A stretch of DNA of 64,000 bases, from assembly GCA_963677495.2 (NCBI GenBank), contig CAXXOU010000004.1:352001-416000 (forward strand). The letters run 5' to 3'. The translations under genes and the position numbers were made by a program. How positions within the stretch are numbered: the stretch's first letter is position 1; every line of letters begins with the position of its first letter. The stretch comes from Candidatus Cloacimonadales bacterium. GTDB taxonomy: Bacteria; Cloacimonadota; Cloacimonadia; Cloacimonadales; JAFGVF01. Positions 8,086 to 18,172 of the stretch are shown here, piece by piece. The notes under the pieces were generated by a model. That model saw only the letters and a program-made list of their open reading frames with translations. It was not told the origin of the DNA and did not search any database.

Positions 8086-9231
8086 TTAATATTCTTTCAA
8101 TAAGTTAGTCGCAACAATCTGTCTTTGAATTTGATTAGTTCCCTCATAGATCTGGAGGATTTTTGCATCACGCATCATTTTCTCAACAGGATACTCTTTC
8201 ATATAGCCGTAACCACCGAGAACCTGAACTGCGTCAGTTGTAACTTTCATTGCAACATCAGATGCGAAGTATTTACACATAGCTGATTCTTTGCTGTACT
8301 TCTTGCAACCTGCATCAACCATACGTGCTGTTTGATAAACAAGAGCACGTGCAGCTTCAGTTTGAGTTGCCATATCAGCAAGCATGAACTGAACACCCTG
8401 GAATGATGAGATAGGTTTGCCGAACTGATGACGTTCTTTTGAATATTTAGCAGCGATATCAACAGCACCCTGTGCAAGTCCAACTGCCTGTGAGGCAACC
8501 ATAGGTCTTGATTTATCGAAAACTTTCATTGCAGTAATGAAACCGGTACCCTTACGGCCGATAAGGTTCTCTTTAGGGATTTTGCAGTCTTCAAATACAA
8601 GCTCTCTTGTAGCTGATGAACGGATTCCCATTTTGTCCTCTTTCTTACCGAATGAGAAACCGGGTGTTCCTTTCTCAACTACGAAACATGAACAACCACG
8701 TGCGCCTTTGCTGCGGTCTGTCATGGCGAAAACTGTATAAATCTCAGCTTCTCCACCATTGGTGATCCACTGTTTTGTACCGTTAAGGATGAAACCATCT
8801 TCAACTTCTTCTGCAGTAGTTTCAATAGCACCGGCATCTGAACCTGCATTAGCTTCAGTAAGAGCGAAAGCACAAAGTCTTTCACCTGCAGCGATTTGAG
8901 GAAGATACTTCTGTTTTTGCTCCTCGTTACCACTAATGAGTATTGGATACATCCCAAGTCCTGTAGCACCAAAAGCAAGAGCGATACCTGTATCTACTTT
9001 TGAGAGCTCTTCAGTAACGATTGCAAGGTCAACAACTTTACCACTAATCCCATCATACTCTTCCGGTACGAGAACTGCGAAAAGGTCTGATTGAGCCATA
9101 ATCTCAACGATATCCCAAGGGAAGATACCTTCTTCATCATATTTAGCAGAGAGAGGAGCAATCTTCTCAACTGCGATTTTGCGAGCTATTTCTTTCATTT
9201 CAAGCTGGTCTTCTGTTAAAAAGTAATCCAT
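8086..9231 (-). CDS. Acyl-CoA dehydrogenase (butyryl-CoA/short-chain type)
   Basis: FALTEANAGSDA; LNGTKQWITNG; KMGIRSS; QVLGGYGY; KILQIYEGTNQIQR. Confidence 0.95.
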   Translation of the reverse strand: MDYFLTEDQLEMKEIARKIAVEKIAPLSAKYDEEGIFPWDIVEIMAQSDLFAVLVPEEYDGISGKVVDLAIVTEELSKVDTGIALAFGATGLGMYPILISGNEEQKQKYLPQIAAGERLCAFALTEANAGSDAGAIETTAEEVEDGFILNGTKQWITNGGEAEIYTVFAMTDRSKGARGCSCFVVEKGTPGFSFGKKEDKMGIRSSATRELVFEDCKIPKENLIGRKGTGFITAMKVFDKSRPMVASQAVGLAQGAVDIAAKYSKERHQFGKPISSFQGVQFMLADMATQTEAARALVYQTARMVDAGCKKYSKESAMCKYFASDVAMKVTTDAVQVLGGYGYMKEYPVEKMMRDAKILQIYEGTNQIQRQIVATNLLKEY

Positions 9232-9378
9232 ACTTTTCCTCCTGATTTATTCACATAAGGTTTGTTTATCTAATCTTATATAAATCGTTTGAAACTTGCA
9301 TATAGGTCAAGGAATTTATTTCATAGTGAGATAAGTTTAAGTTAGTGTAATATTTATGATGAGGACAATTCATTAATG

Positions 9379-9408
9379 AAAAAGAGTCGGGAAAGGTAAT
9401 CCCGACTC
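9379..9408 (-). terminator. Rho-independent terminator
   Basis: GAGTCGGGA..TCCCGACTC hairpin with a T-run on the minus strand. Confidence 0.75.
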
Positions 9409-9432
9409 AATATAGATTGGTTGTTAATTAGT

Positions 9433-12400
9433 TTATTTCATCATAACAGCTTTTTCAACTGCAGTGAATCCGTTTGCTTCAACTTTAAAGAAGTAGATAC
9501 CACTACCTACACCTTCGCCATTCCAAGTTACAACATTGTTCTCTGATTCAGGAAAGTCTTTGTCTACAATAACAGACACAACTTCACCTTTTACGTTAAA
9601 GACAGTAACTTTAACATTTCCTGCTTTAGCAAGACTGAATGAAACAGATGTTGTAGGATTGAATGGGTTAGGGTAGATGCTATTGATTCTTGATGCAATC
9701 TGTGTATCAGGAACTTCGGGACCGTCACCATCTTCTGTAATCTCGATAGAGATAGGACCGTAGAATGAACTGATACCATCAATTGTCATACTTTCAAGCC
9801 AATAGTAGAAAGTTCCCATCTCGATAGCATCACTATCATCGTATGCGTAACTGTGAGTGCTTGATTGGTTGATTGCATTAATCATCTCACCATTAACCTG
9901 ATACTTATCTACTTCAGAGTCTGATTCAGCTCTGTAGATATTATAGCCGGCCATTGCAGATTCAGACTCAACAGTCCATTCAAGTCTAACAACTTTGTCA
10001 TCTTGAACTGTAAGAGTAGAAGCCGCAAATGCAGTAAGAGTTACTGGAAGAGGTTGGTAATCATTCTCATTTTCACCACCAGGTGTTGGGGATGGAACGA
10101 TTGTCCAATCGTTACTTACATTCTCTCCGGCATCTTTGTTTGTTCTTTCATAGATAGTACCGGCAATAGCACCACTAGTAGCTGAACCGAATTGGTCAAC
10201 AGTTCCCTTTGCAACACCATCGTCAAGAACTAACCATGAGCCATCAACTAGACTTGGTATAGGTAAAACAGATTGGAAATAAGTTCCTGTAAGCATTGGG
10301 TACATTAACTGCATTTCACCTTCAGTAACAGCACCAATAACCAAGTATTCACCTGGGTTAAGTGTCCCTGAAAGAGGAGATGGCATATCAGGTGCATATT
10401 GAATAAGATTCCAACCGGTTAAATCTTGTGCAGTATTACCTGCATTGTATAATTCAACATATTGTACAAGGTCTGTGCAAACTTCAGAGATAAAAACATC
10501 TGAATATGGTGCTTCTACGATGTCAGCAATGTTTCTTGCTGAAATGTATGCTCCATCAGTGCGTGAGTTCATGATACCTGTGATATTCATAGACTCAGAT
10601 GGGATAGCTGTTCCTATATATTCTACATCATAGAACGTTGTACGGAAATTATAACTATTAACTCCATCAGAAATAGCGTAAACAGTACCGTTTGCAAAAG
10701 AACCGGTATCTGAGAAAGTTACTCCATTAACAGTAACAACCTGAGCTTCATACATCTCAAAGTTAGCTGTAAGGTCAGCCAGAGTTACAACAGCAGGAGT
10801 AATTGAAAGACCTGTGTTTGAAGCTGCACCAGGATCTGAAACAGGAATAAACTGTAACATTCCACCGTATGAGCTAAGAGTACCACAAAGACCTGTGATA
10901 CCATCATTTACATTGTAGGCAGTTGTAATATTTCCACTATTATCATCAATAAGGATACCGGCTGTAGCATCTTGAACATACTTTTGACCACGATATGTTT
11001 GTTGATAAGTAAGAACAGCTTCACCTGTAAGACAGTAGATAGTACCATCTGTAGCACCTGTTCTAAGAGTAGCGATATCAGCTACATTTACTATATTTAC
11101 AACAGTGTAGTCATAAGTTGAACTTGTAGTTGTTGCAGGTTCAGCATTTGCATCTATTGCAACGATTTCATAATATACAGTAGTTCCACCAACTTGAGCA
11201 GGGATGTCTGCTTCATAAGTAGCTCTGCTAAGTGTCATTGCTACATTGTTAGTCATTGCATCAGAAGCGAGACCCCAGTTAAGAGTAGCAGAAGTTAAAC
11301 CATCATCATCTGTAATGTCAGCAGTAACTGTAACAATATCTGTGGCTTCCGGTGTTTCAGGAGTGTGAGCTATGTTAGCAATCACCGGAGCTGGGTTAGC
11401 TGCCGGTGGAGGTGTTGGCTGACCAAGATTAGAAATATCATCATTTGCCATAACAGTCCACTGTGAATCTGTAGCATTAGTACCTGATGAAGCTGCCCAA
11501 TCAGTGGTGGCTGCACCGGTAGTTTTACGAAGAAGTGTATGATTTGCAGTTGCATCAGTTTCACCTGCAACATCCCAACCTGAACCCGGGTCTGCACCTT
11601 CATCACCAACAACATCAACGAGAGTGCCATTGTACACAAGACCCATTGCATCGTCACCATTAAAGTAACAAACAGAAGTTCCAACTAAGTCTGAAAGTGC
11701 TTGAATCTCTGCACTTGCACTTGAGTTACAAACAACATATACATCTCCCGGTGCTAATGTCCCGGATAATGTTACAGCATTTCCCGAACCTTCAACAGCC
11801 CAGTCACCACCATTCGAAATACGCCAGAACTCTACGAAACCAAGGTTCACATTTGTCTCACCGGCATTATAAATTTCAATAGCTTTGTTGTTTGAAGAGC
11901 CTTCAATGTACTCACTGATATAAATATCAGCAGGGCCGGCAACTGAGAAGTCATACAATTCAGTTGCTATTGAACTAGTGTGATAATTTGTAAGATAAGC
12001 AATAGCTTTAACAGTTGTTGTGGTATCGATATTTAGAGCTACTGAATATGGAGTAGAAGCATCTGTTGGGTCTGTTCCATCTAATGTATAATAAATAGAT
12101 GCACCGGCAGTAGAACAACTGATTTCAACAGTTTGAGCAGTATCAAAGATTCCACCTTCAGGTGAAATTGAAGGAGTTGCTACTGTAGGCATTACTACAT
12201 CATAGTTTCTCTCTGAGCTTTCTTCCGTATTGGTATCATTATCAGTTGCAGAAACAGTATAATATACAGTAGCACCATCAGCTTGAGCAGGAATAGTTCC
12301 AGCATATACATCACCTGCATCGATAGACATTGACACTTCATTAGTTAAAGAACCGGTAGAAAGTCCCCAATTGATTTTAGCTGAAGTGATAGTTCCTTCA

Positions 12401-13032
12401 TCAGTGATTGTAGCAGAGACAACAACATCATCCATTTGTGTTGGATTTGTAGGAAGGTGTGAAACACCTGAGATCACAGGGGTAGTAGAAGCACCACCAC
12501 TATAATCCGTTACAGTCATGTCATCGATTAAAAGTCTTTCCTTATCTTGAATATTTCTGATTCTAAAGAAAATATCATCACCTGAGATATTAGCTGTTTC
12601 TGAATACTCAACATAAGTTGTAGAAGTTGGGAATACAGAAGAACCGATCGCTGTCCAATCGCCTGCTGTTCCACCAATTTGATATTCTACGATAAACTCG
12701 ATAGGTTCACTTGGAACGTTTCCGTCCCAATGTCTGTACCAGAATGAGATAGTTCCAATACCACCATCTTTACCGTTTCCATCCAAACCTTTGAAAAGAA
12801 GGTATTCCATAGTAGAACTTGAATCATCATTAAATCTAACTGCGTTGCCGGAACGTGCATAAGTAGAATGCACCATAGCATTATTGTTTTCCCAATGTCC
12901 GACACCCGTGTGTTCATAAGTTACAACACCGGCATAAGAACCATCAGACCAGCCATCAAAATTCTCAGTGAAGTCTGCAAACAGAGCTAAACTGAAAACT
13001 GTAATTACTAAAAGAAATAAGATTTTCTTCAT
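9433..13032 (-). CDS. Secreted multidomain protein: shared N-terminal domain, Ig-like and chitobiase-C-like modules, two lamin-tail domains, OB-fold-like region, FlgD/T9SS-type CTD
   Basis: Signal peptide; IYYTLDGTDP; ISEYIEGSSNNKAIEIYN; FISEV..YVELYN; PVTLTAFAA; IYPNPFNPTT..SGIYF..KAVMMK. Confidence 0.85.
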   Translation of the reverse strand: MKKILFLLVITVFSLALFADFTENFDGWSDGSYAGVVTYEHTGVGHWENNNAMVHSTYARSGNAVRFNDDSSSTMEYLLFKGLDGNGKDGGIGTISFWYRHWDGNVPSEPIEFIVEYQIGGTAGDWTAIGSSVFPTSTTYVEYSETANISGDDIFFRIRNIQDKERLLIDDMTVTDYSGGASTTPVISGVSHLPTNPTQMDDVVVSATITDEGTITSAKINWGLSTGSLTNEVSMSIDAGDVYAGTIPAQADGATVYYTVSATDNDTNTEESSERNYDVVMPTVATPSISPEGGIFDTAQTVEISCSTAGASIYYTLDGTDPTDASTPYSVALNIDTTTTVKAIAYLTNYHTSSIATELYDFSVAGPADIYISEYIEGSSNNKAIEIYNAGETNVNLGFVEFWRISNGGDWAVEGSGNAVTLSGTLAPGDVYVVCNSSASAEIQALSDLVGTSVCYFNGDDAMGLVYNGTLVDVVGDEGADPGSGWDVAGETDATANHTLLRKTTGAATTDWAASSGTNATDSQWTVMANDDISNLGQPTPPPAANPAPVIANIAHTPETPEATDIVTVTADITDDDGLTSATLNWGLASDAMTNNVAMTLSRATYEADIPAQVGGTTVYYEIVAIDANAEPATTTSSTYDYTVVNIVNVADIATLRTGATDGTIYCLTGEAVLTYQQTYRGQKYVQDATAGILIDDNSGNITTAYNVNDGITGLCGTLSSYGGMLQFIPVSDPGAASNTGLSITPAVVTLADLTANFEMYEAQVVTVNGVTFSDTGSFANGTVYAISDGVNSYNFRTTFYDVEYIGTAIPSESMNITGIMNSRTDGAYISARNIADIVEAPYSDVFISEVCTDLVQYVELYNAGNTAQDLTGWNLIQYAPDMPSPLSGTLNPGEYLVIGAVTEGEMQLMYPMLTGTYFQSVLPIPSLVDGSWLVLDDGVAKGTVDQFGSATSGAIAGTIYERTNKDAGENVSNDWTIVPSPTPGGENENDYQPLPVTLTAFAASTLTVQDDKVVRLEWTVESESAMAGYNIYRAESDSEVDKYQVNGEMINAINQSSTHSYAYDDSDAIEMGTFYYWLESMTIDGISSFYGPISIEITEDGDGPEVPDTQIASRINSIYPNPFNPTTSVSFSLAKAGNVKVTVFNVKGEVVSVIVDKDFPESENNVVTWNGEGVGSGIYFFKVEANGFTAVEKAVMMK

Positions 13033-13367
13033 AGAGTAAACTCCTTGTTTCTTAATATTTGTTTTTGATACACTTTATATACTTTTGTAGTGAACTTAAC
13101 ATGCCATTTTGAAGTCAAGTTAAAAGACTGTAAAGAGAAATATTGTAACTAGTTACATAGATTTAGCTAACAACACTTCTTAACCATACTCATTATAAGC
13201 CTGAATAGTTATTATAACTATGTTTCAGATTACCCCATGCTTAATTTGGAAGGTTAAATCAATTATTGAATGATAGAAGGTTTGCAAAACACACCAATCC
13301 TTCTTCGAAGATTACCCTCTAGGTTTTCTGTTAGTCTTTTTCTCTTTTCATTGTAGTTACTAATCGC

Positions 13368-13511
13368 TTACTGCTCCGCTTCAAGAACTTCTTTGCACCG
13401 TTAAGTAAGTTATGCACATGATGTGGATAACTTTAGGGGTTCATAGGGAGGGTCTAGGGAGGCTATAGGGAGGGACAAGCGAGATTCTAGGTTCTTGAAG
13501 CGGAGCAGTAA
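13368..13511 (+). repeat. Element B: perfect 21-bp inverted repeats enclosing a DnaA-box pair and an 11-bp array
   Basis: TTACTGCTCCGCTTCAAGAAC 13368-13388 and its reverse complement 13491-13511; TTATGCACA 13410-13418, TGTGGATAA 13422-13430; units ATAGGGAGGGT, CTAGGGAGGCT, ATAGGGAGGGA. Confidence 0.88.
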
Positions 13512-13563
13512 AGAGAAGAAGAGGATAAAAATATAGGATAAAGTATAAATGTAAGTATAGTAG

Positions 13564-13598
13564 AAAGAAAAAGAGGGGTCTGCCGAAGCAAACCCCTT
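13564..13598 (-). terminator. Rho-independent terminator
   Basis: AGGGGTTTGC-TTCG-GCAGACCCCT followed by a T-rich tail on the minus strand. Confidence 0.75.
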
Positions 13599-13638
13599 AC
13601 GGTCTTAGCTGCCTAAGCAACATGTACCAAGTTTTATG

Positions 13639-16600
13639 TTATTTCATTAACATCATTTTCTTCACTCTTGTTTTTGAATCTTGTTGTTTCAGACGAGCGA
13701 AGTAAACACCGGATGCAACACCCTTACCATTAGCATCTTTACCATTCCAAGTGATAGTATGATTACCAGGTTGCATATCATCATTAACGAGTGTATTTAT
13801 TTTCTGACCTCTGATATTGTAAAGAGATAATTCAACTTTACCTGCTTTCTTAACATTGAAAGCAATGTTTGTATCAGGGTTGAACGGATTTGGATAAATA
13901 GCGAACTTGTTAGCAATCTGTGGTGTATCATCGTTTCCAACTGTGTAGTTGTAAACCGTGATAGTTCCATAGATGTCACGAGTTGAAGTAGGTTGGTATG
14001 TGAAGCCTGTTTCATCGGTAATGAAGAAATCATCACCATTGATACTGATTTTCACAGTATAATCCATATTAAAGTTGCTGAAGTCAGGATAGAATTGAAT
14101 TGGGTCGGTAGAACCAAGTTTCAAGACATATTCCCAAGTCATCATTGTGTCTGCATCTGCATTAAATGGAACAGTTAACTCTCTCATCATAAACTCGAAA
14201 GGATAATCAGGTTGAGTGATTGTACTATGATAAAGAGCAAAGTCTAAGTGCTCAGGAATAGGTTTATTCTGAAGAGCAGGTATATCATACTCTAAATCAT
14301 AATCAGCTGTTGTTTCATAAGCAGATCCCAGCTCAATCATACTCATATCAATACCATTATCTGCAAATAGTTTTAAGTACCAAGTACTTGTGAGAGGTTG
14401 CTCCATAGGAAGTGCATCTCTATATGGATAGATACGGACTCCCGGATTTGCACTATTATCAGTGATGCAGAATAGGAAGAATGACTCGAAAGGCATTATC
14501 GATTCAACCTGTTGATAATGACCATCTCGATAAACAATCATGTTAGGGTTCAAGTTAATTTCATTAGTTGCTTCAGCAGCTGAGAACCAGACATTATTGA
14601 TTCTGAAAAGACAGTTTTGTAGTGTTATCTCAGCAGGATATGGATTAGGTAAGAAATTCCAACCATAATCTAAGTCGAATGTATCATATTCAGCTTGTAC
14701 AGCAGCAGAAATATTAGCAACATTGTCATTTGGAACTTTTGCCCAATACGCATCACCATATTCAAAACTAGTAGCCTGAACTAAATCCCATGCAGAATTG
14801 TATTCCCAGAGCTCAGCTCCAGTACCAAATGCTTCTGCATCAGTTAGAGTATTTGAAGGGAATGGAGAGCTGACAGTATACCAGCCGGCATCTTTATCAA
14901 TATCAATTGTTGAAGGTACAATACCTAATGTGTATGGAGAAACCTCTCTGATTCTTTCACCATCAAAAGCGATACCATCTACAACAAGGTGAAGGTTATG
15001 ATACTCGATACCATCTGGTACGTTCCAAATATAGAATTCATCACTATTCAATACATCATCAGCGATAAATACACTGTCAGTTTCTGATTGAGCTGATAAC
15101 TCTATATGGTCTAACAAGAAAGTTCTGTTGTTTTCCCAGTAGAGATCAGCAACCTGACCACCCTGGTAGATATGGTTTTGACGATTATTGATATCAAAGT
15201 AAGGGTTAATGTTTCCATAATAGATTCTCATATATCTATAGTTTGTATTAGTTACTTGGAATGTGTAATCACCTGTTAACAAATCAGTCCAGTTTTGAGT
15301 TCCTTCATCATAAACCCAAATCTTTTCAGTAGATCTGAAAGGAAGGAAATCTTCAAGACTTAAAGTTAAGTCCTGATTTGTTTGATTTGATTTTATGCGT
15401 AGTCTATAGTATTTATAATCATCAGTAGTATCGAAGAAGGCACGTAAATGCTGTTCCATCGTGATACCGTAGCTACTACCATTCCACCAATCCTCTTCAT
15501 AGAACCCGGCCCAGACATAGTTGCCTGAAGTACTAGAGCTCTTATCAATGTCATAATCATCATCATGACCATCAGTTGCACCAATATTCATACCGAAAAA
15601 GAGGTCAGTAGAGATATCATCTGCTTGGTTAGCGACATGGATTCTGTAAATGTCATAAGGTTGAGCTGAGAAAGAGTAGTGATGAATGAATTCATCATTA
15701 TCGTTATCTACAGCAGCAATCTTGTAGAAATATGTAACAGCATTAGATGCTGTATTATCTGTAAATGAGTAATTCGTATTGTTTGAGTTAGCAGCAACAA
15801 GTTCAGGGTTAAATGCCCAACCGGCTATTTCAGTATAGTTCTGATCATCTTCAGAGCGATAAACTCTATAGCCCTGCACATTGTTTTCGTATTGAGCATT
15901 CCATGAAAGCTCTACATAGTTATCTCTTCCAAAGGCTTCGGTGTATCTAATCTTTGAACAACCGGTGATAGCAGTAACTTCATTGGATTCTGCTGAAACA
16001 TTACCATTTTTGTCACGAGCTCTAATTTTAAAGTAGTACTGTTGGTCGTTGGTAAGTCCAGTAACATCAATGAGCTCATGACGCATGTCAGCTAATTCAT
16101 CAGCATTACCTCTATCAAAGACTGAATAGTTATCGGTTCCGATAGGTTCTGTAGCATAAAGAATCTCATAAGTTTCAAAGTCATAGTTTCTAACTTGTTC
16201 CCATTCAAGTGCTACATAGTTATATGAAGCAGTATGGACTGCGAGATTCTGAGGAACAGGGAGAAGCATGTTATCATTCATAGTGAAAGCATGGTCTAAC
16301 GCTAAAGCCATTTTCTCAATCCAATATGAATAGTATTCGAAAGTATGAGTGTAAATATTCTCTTTAATATATTTTTGTTGTACCGGATCCCAACCATAGA
16401 ACCACTTAAGGTTGTTATCTGTTTGGTCATATTGGTTAGGAAGCTCATCCATCTCAATATGCCAGAAGTTATCATAATGATCCCAGCTATTGAAAGTGTT
16501 GTCATTTGTGTATTGCATCTGACGGTTATACTTGTAACCAGGAAGATCTTGATCTGTATTAACTAAAATACTATCTCCATCATCAGTATAGAAATATCTG

Positions 16601-17586
16601 TCATAAACTGAGTTGTGGAAAGTATAATAGTCATTCAAAGTAACTTCTTCATGAATACCAATAGTATTAGCTGGGAAGATAACTTCATCACTAAGGTTGA
16701 TTAAATCAAGGTTACTGTTAGATAAATCTAGAGATGGAAGACCAAGAATCTCTTCATATTTTCCACCTGAGATCTGGTTGTTTGCATAACCGGGATGTCG
16801 AGTACCCCAGTCATAGCTATGCATCTGTGCACTGAACTCTTGTACTCCAAAGGTAGATCGGATATGATCACAGAACTCGATATAAGCTTTCTGGAAAACT
16901 GTGCTTTGATTTCGAGTAGGGTCACTCAGAGACTTACTATTGTAGTAATAGCCTTGGTTTGTCCATTCAGTTTCACGTCCTGCACCATTGATTAGAAGGA
17001 ACATTGCATCCCATTCTTTAAAGCATTCATAGCCAATAGGTGCGGTACAGAAATCATCAGTTGGATGAGGAACAGTAATTATAACAGGATTTGTAGCTAA
17101 TGGATTGAATAGGAATAATCCCCAACCTTTATCGAAGCTGCCTACAACATCATCGTCCGGGTCACTATCAATATTATCGTCAACATAGTTTAGATTCAAC
17201 TGCTCTCTTAGCATGAAGTACCTGGAACCGGTTTCAGAATCGGTGAACCTTACAACTTCGTATGGGTAACCACCATTATTAATTAGTGTTTCTGCCTGGT
17301 CGTAGTTACCGGCAGCAAACTCTTGAGCGATAGTTGTCCAATCATTCAATTCGTTTGTATTAGGCACATCAAAATCTCCAAACCCATTAGTTTGGGGATC
17401 AAAAGGAGCATATAAATTGTAGTCAGGATCAGCAATACCTTCTGCAATATGTGATACAAAGTCATCATAAGCAGCGTTAGGCTCTGAGCCATAGAGAAAG
17501 CCTTTAAAAGAACCGCTCTCTATAACTAATGCTGAAAGGTTAATAAACATGAATAAGCAAAGAAGCAATAATAGGATCCGTCTCAT
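13639..17586 (-). CDS. Large secreted protein with FN3 domains and FlgD/T9SS-type CTD; putative N-terminal metallohydrolase-like domain
   Basis: Signal peptide from ATG 17586 (AGGTGG RBS); FN3 motif YYFKIRARDKNGNVS; IYPNPFNPDT..SGVYF..KKMMLMK. Confidence 0.8.
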   Translation of the reverse strand: MRRILLLLLCLFMFINLSALVIESGSFKGFLYGSEPNAAYDDFVSHIAEGIADPDYNLYAPFDPQTNGFGDFDVPNTNELNDWTTIAQEFAAGNYDQAETLINNGGYPYEVVRFTDSETGSRYFMLREQLNLNYVDDNIDSDPDDDVVGSFDKGWGLFLFNPLATNPVIITVPHPTDDFCTAPIGYECFKEWDAMFLLINGAGRETEWTNQGYYYNSKSLSDPTRNQSTVFQKAYIEFCDHIRSTFGVQEFSAQMHSYDWGTRHPGYANNQISGGKYEEILGLPSLDLSNSNLDLINLSDEVIFPANTIGIHEEVTLNDYYTFHNSVYDRYFYTDDGDSILVNTDQDLPGYKYNRQMQYTNDNTFNSWDHYDNFWHIEMDELPNQYDQTDNNLKWFYGWDPVQQKYIKENIYTHTFEYYSYWIEKMALALDHAFTMNDNMLLPVPQNLAVHTASYNYVALEWEQVRNYDFETYEILYATEPIGTDNYSVFDRGNADELADMRHELIDVTGLTNDQQYYFKIRARDKNGNVSAESNEVTAITGCSKIRYTEAFGRDNYVELSWNAQYENNVQGYRVYRSEDDQNYTEIAGWAFNPELVAANSNNTNYSFTDNTASNAVTYFYKIAAVDNDNDEFIHHYSFSAQPYDIYRIHVANQADDISTDLFFGMNIGATDGHDDDYDIDKSSSTSGNYVWAGFYEEDWWNGSSYGITMEQHLRAFFDTTDDYKYYRLRIKSNQTNQDLTLSLEDFLPFRSTEKIWVYDEGTQNWTDLLTGDYTFQVTNTNYRYMRIYYGNINPYFDINNRQNHIYQGGQVADLYWENNRTFLLDHIELSAQSETDSVFIADDVLNSDEFYIWNVPDGIEYHNLHLVVDGIAFDGERIREVSPYTLGIVPSTIDIDKDAGWYTVSSPFPSNTLTDAEAFGTGAELWEYNSAWDLVQATSFEYGDAYWAKVPNDNVANISAAVQAEYDTFDLDYGWNFLPNPYPAEITLQNCLFRINNVWFSAAEATNEINLNPNMIVYRDGHYQQVESIMPFESFFLFCITDNSANPGVRIYPYRDALPMEQPLTSTWYLKLFADNGIDMSMIELGSAYETTADYDLEYDIPALQNKPIPEHLDFALYHSTITQPDYPFEFMMRELTVPFNADADTMMTWEYVLKLGSTDPIQFYPDFSNFNMDYTVKISINGDDFFITDETGFTYQPTSTRDIYGTITVYNYTVGNDDTPQIANKFAIYPNPFNPDTNIAFNVKKAGKVELSLYNIRGQKINTLVNDDMQPGNHTITWNGKDANGKGVASGVYFARLKQQDSKTRVKKMMLMK

Positions 17587-17602
17587 CTTTTCCACCTTTT
17601 CA

Positions 17603-18172
17603 TTAATTGTTTTTATTAATTTCTAATATTTCGTTCTTAATTTTATCACTAAATAGATTTGGATCAATCAGTCTGTAATGTGGATTGTAGTAGTCGTGAT
17701 ATTTTTTTGAGTGGTTAACTAGCAATACATGATTAAGAAAATCATCTTTAAGAGGTTGTATTTCAGCAACATTCAAGCTGTCGAGAAGAGAAAAGAATGT
17801 ATCTGAAGTATCTCTTTTAAAAGCCACCCAATTGTCTAAGTTAGTGCCAATACGAGCACAGGTTGCGAAGTGGACATCAGCGAATTTATCTATTGAGATA
17901 ATTCCTTGGTTTACAATAATTGTATTGACTCTCCATAATTCATGAAATCCGGATAGATCTACAATTACAGGGTAGTTGTTTTGAGGGTTATTCTGTATTT
18001 CATTCAAGAGGTAGTTATATGATTGTTTATTAAAAAAATGGTTAGGTCCATTGAAAGCCTGATAAATACTCTTATAATAATCAATAGCAATAGCCATAGG
18101 AAACATTTCATGCTCCTGCATTACCAATCTTTTAACTATCTCTTTATCAGAAGGCTTTAACCCATTTTTCAT
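17603..18172 (-). CDS. Hypothetical protein
   Basis: 189-aa ORF overlapping the upstream amidohydrolase and 16 bp from the next gene. Confidence 0.65.
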   Translation of the reverse strand: MKNGLKPSDKEIVKRLVMQEHEMFPMAIAIDYYKSIYQAFNGPNHFFNKQSYNYLLNEIQNNPQNNYPVIVDLSGFHELWRVNTIIVNQGIISIDKFADVHFATCARIGTNLDNWVAFKRDTSDTFFSLLDSLNVAEIQPLKDDFLNHVLLVNHSKKYHDYYNPHYRLIDPNLFSDKIKNEILEINKNN

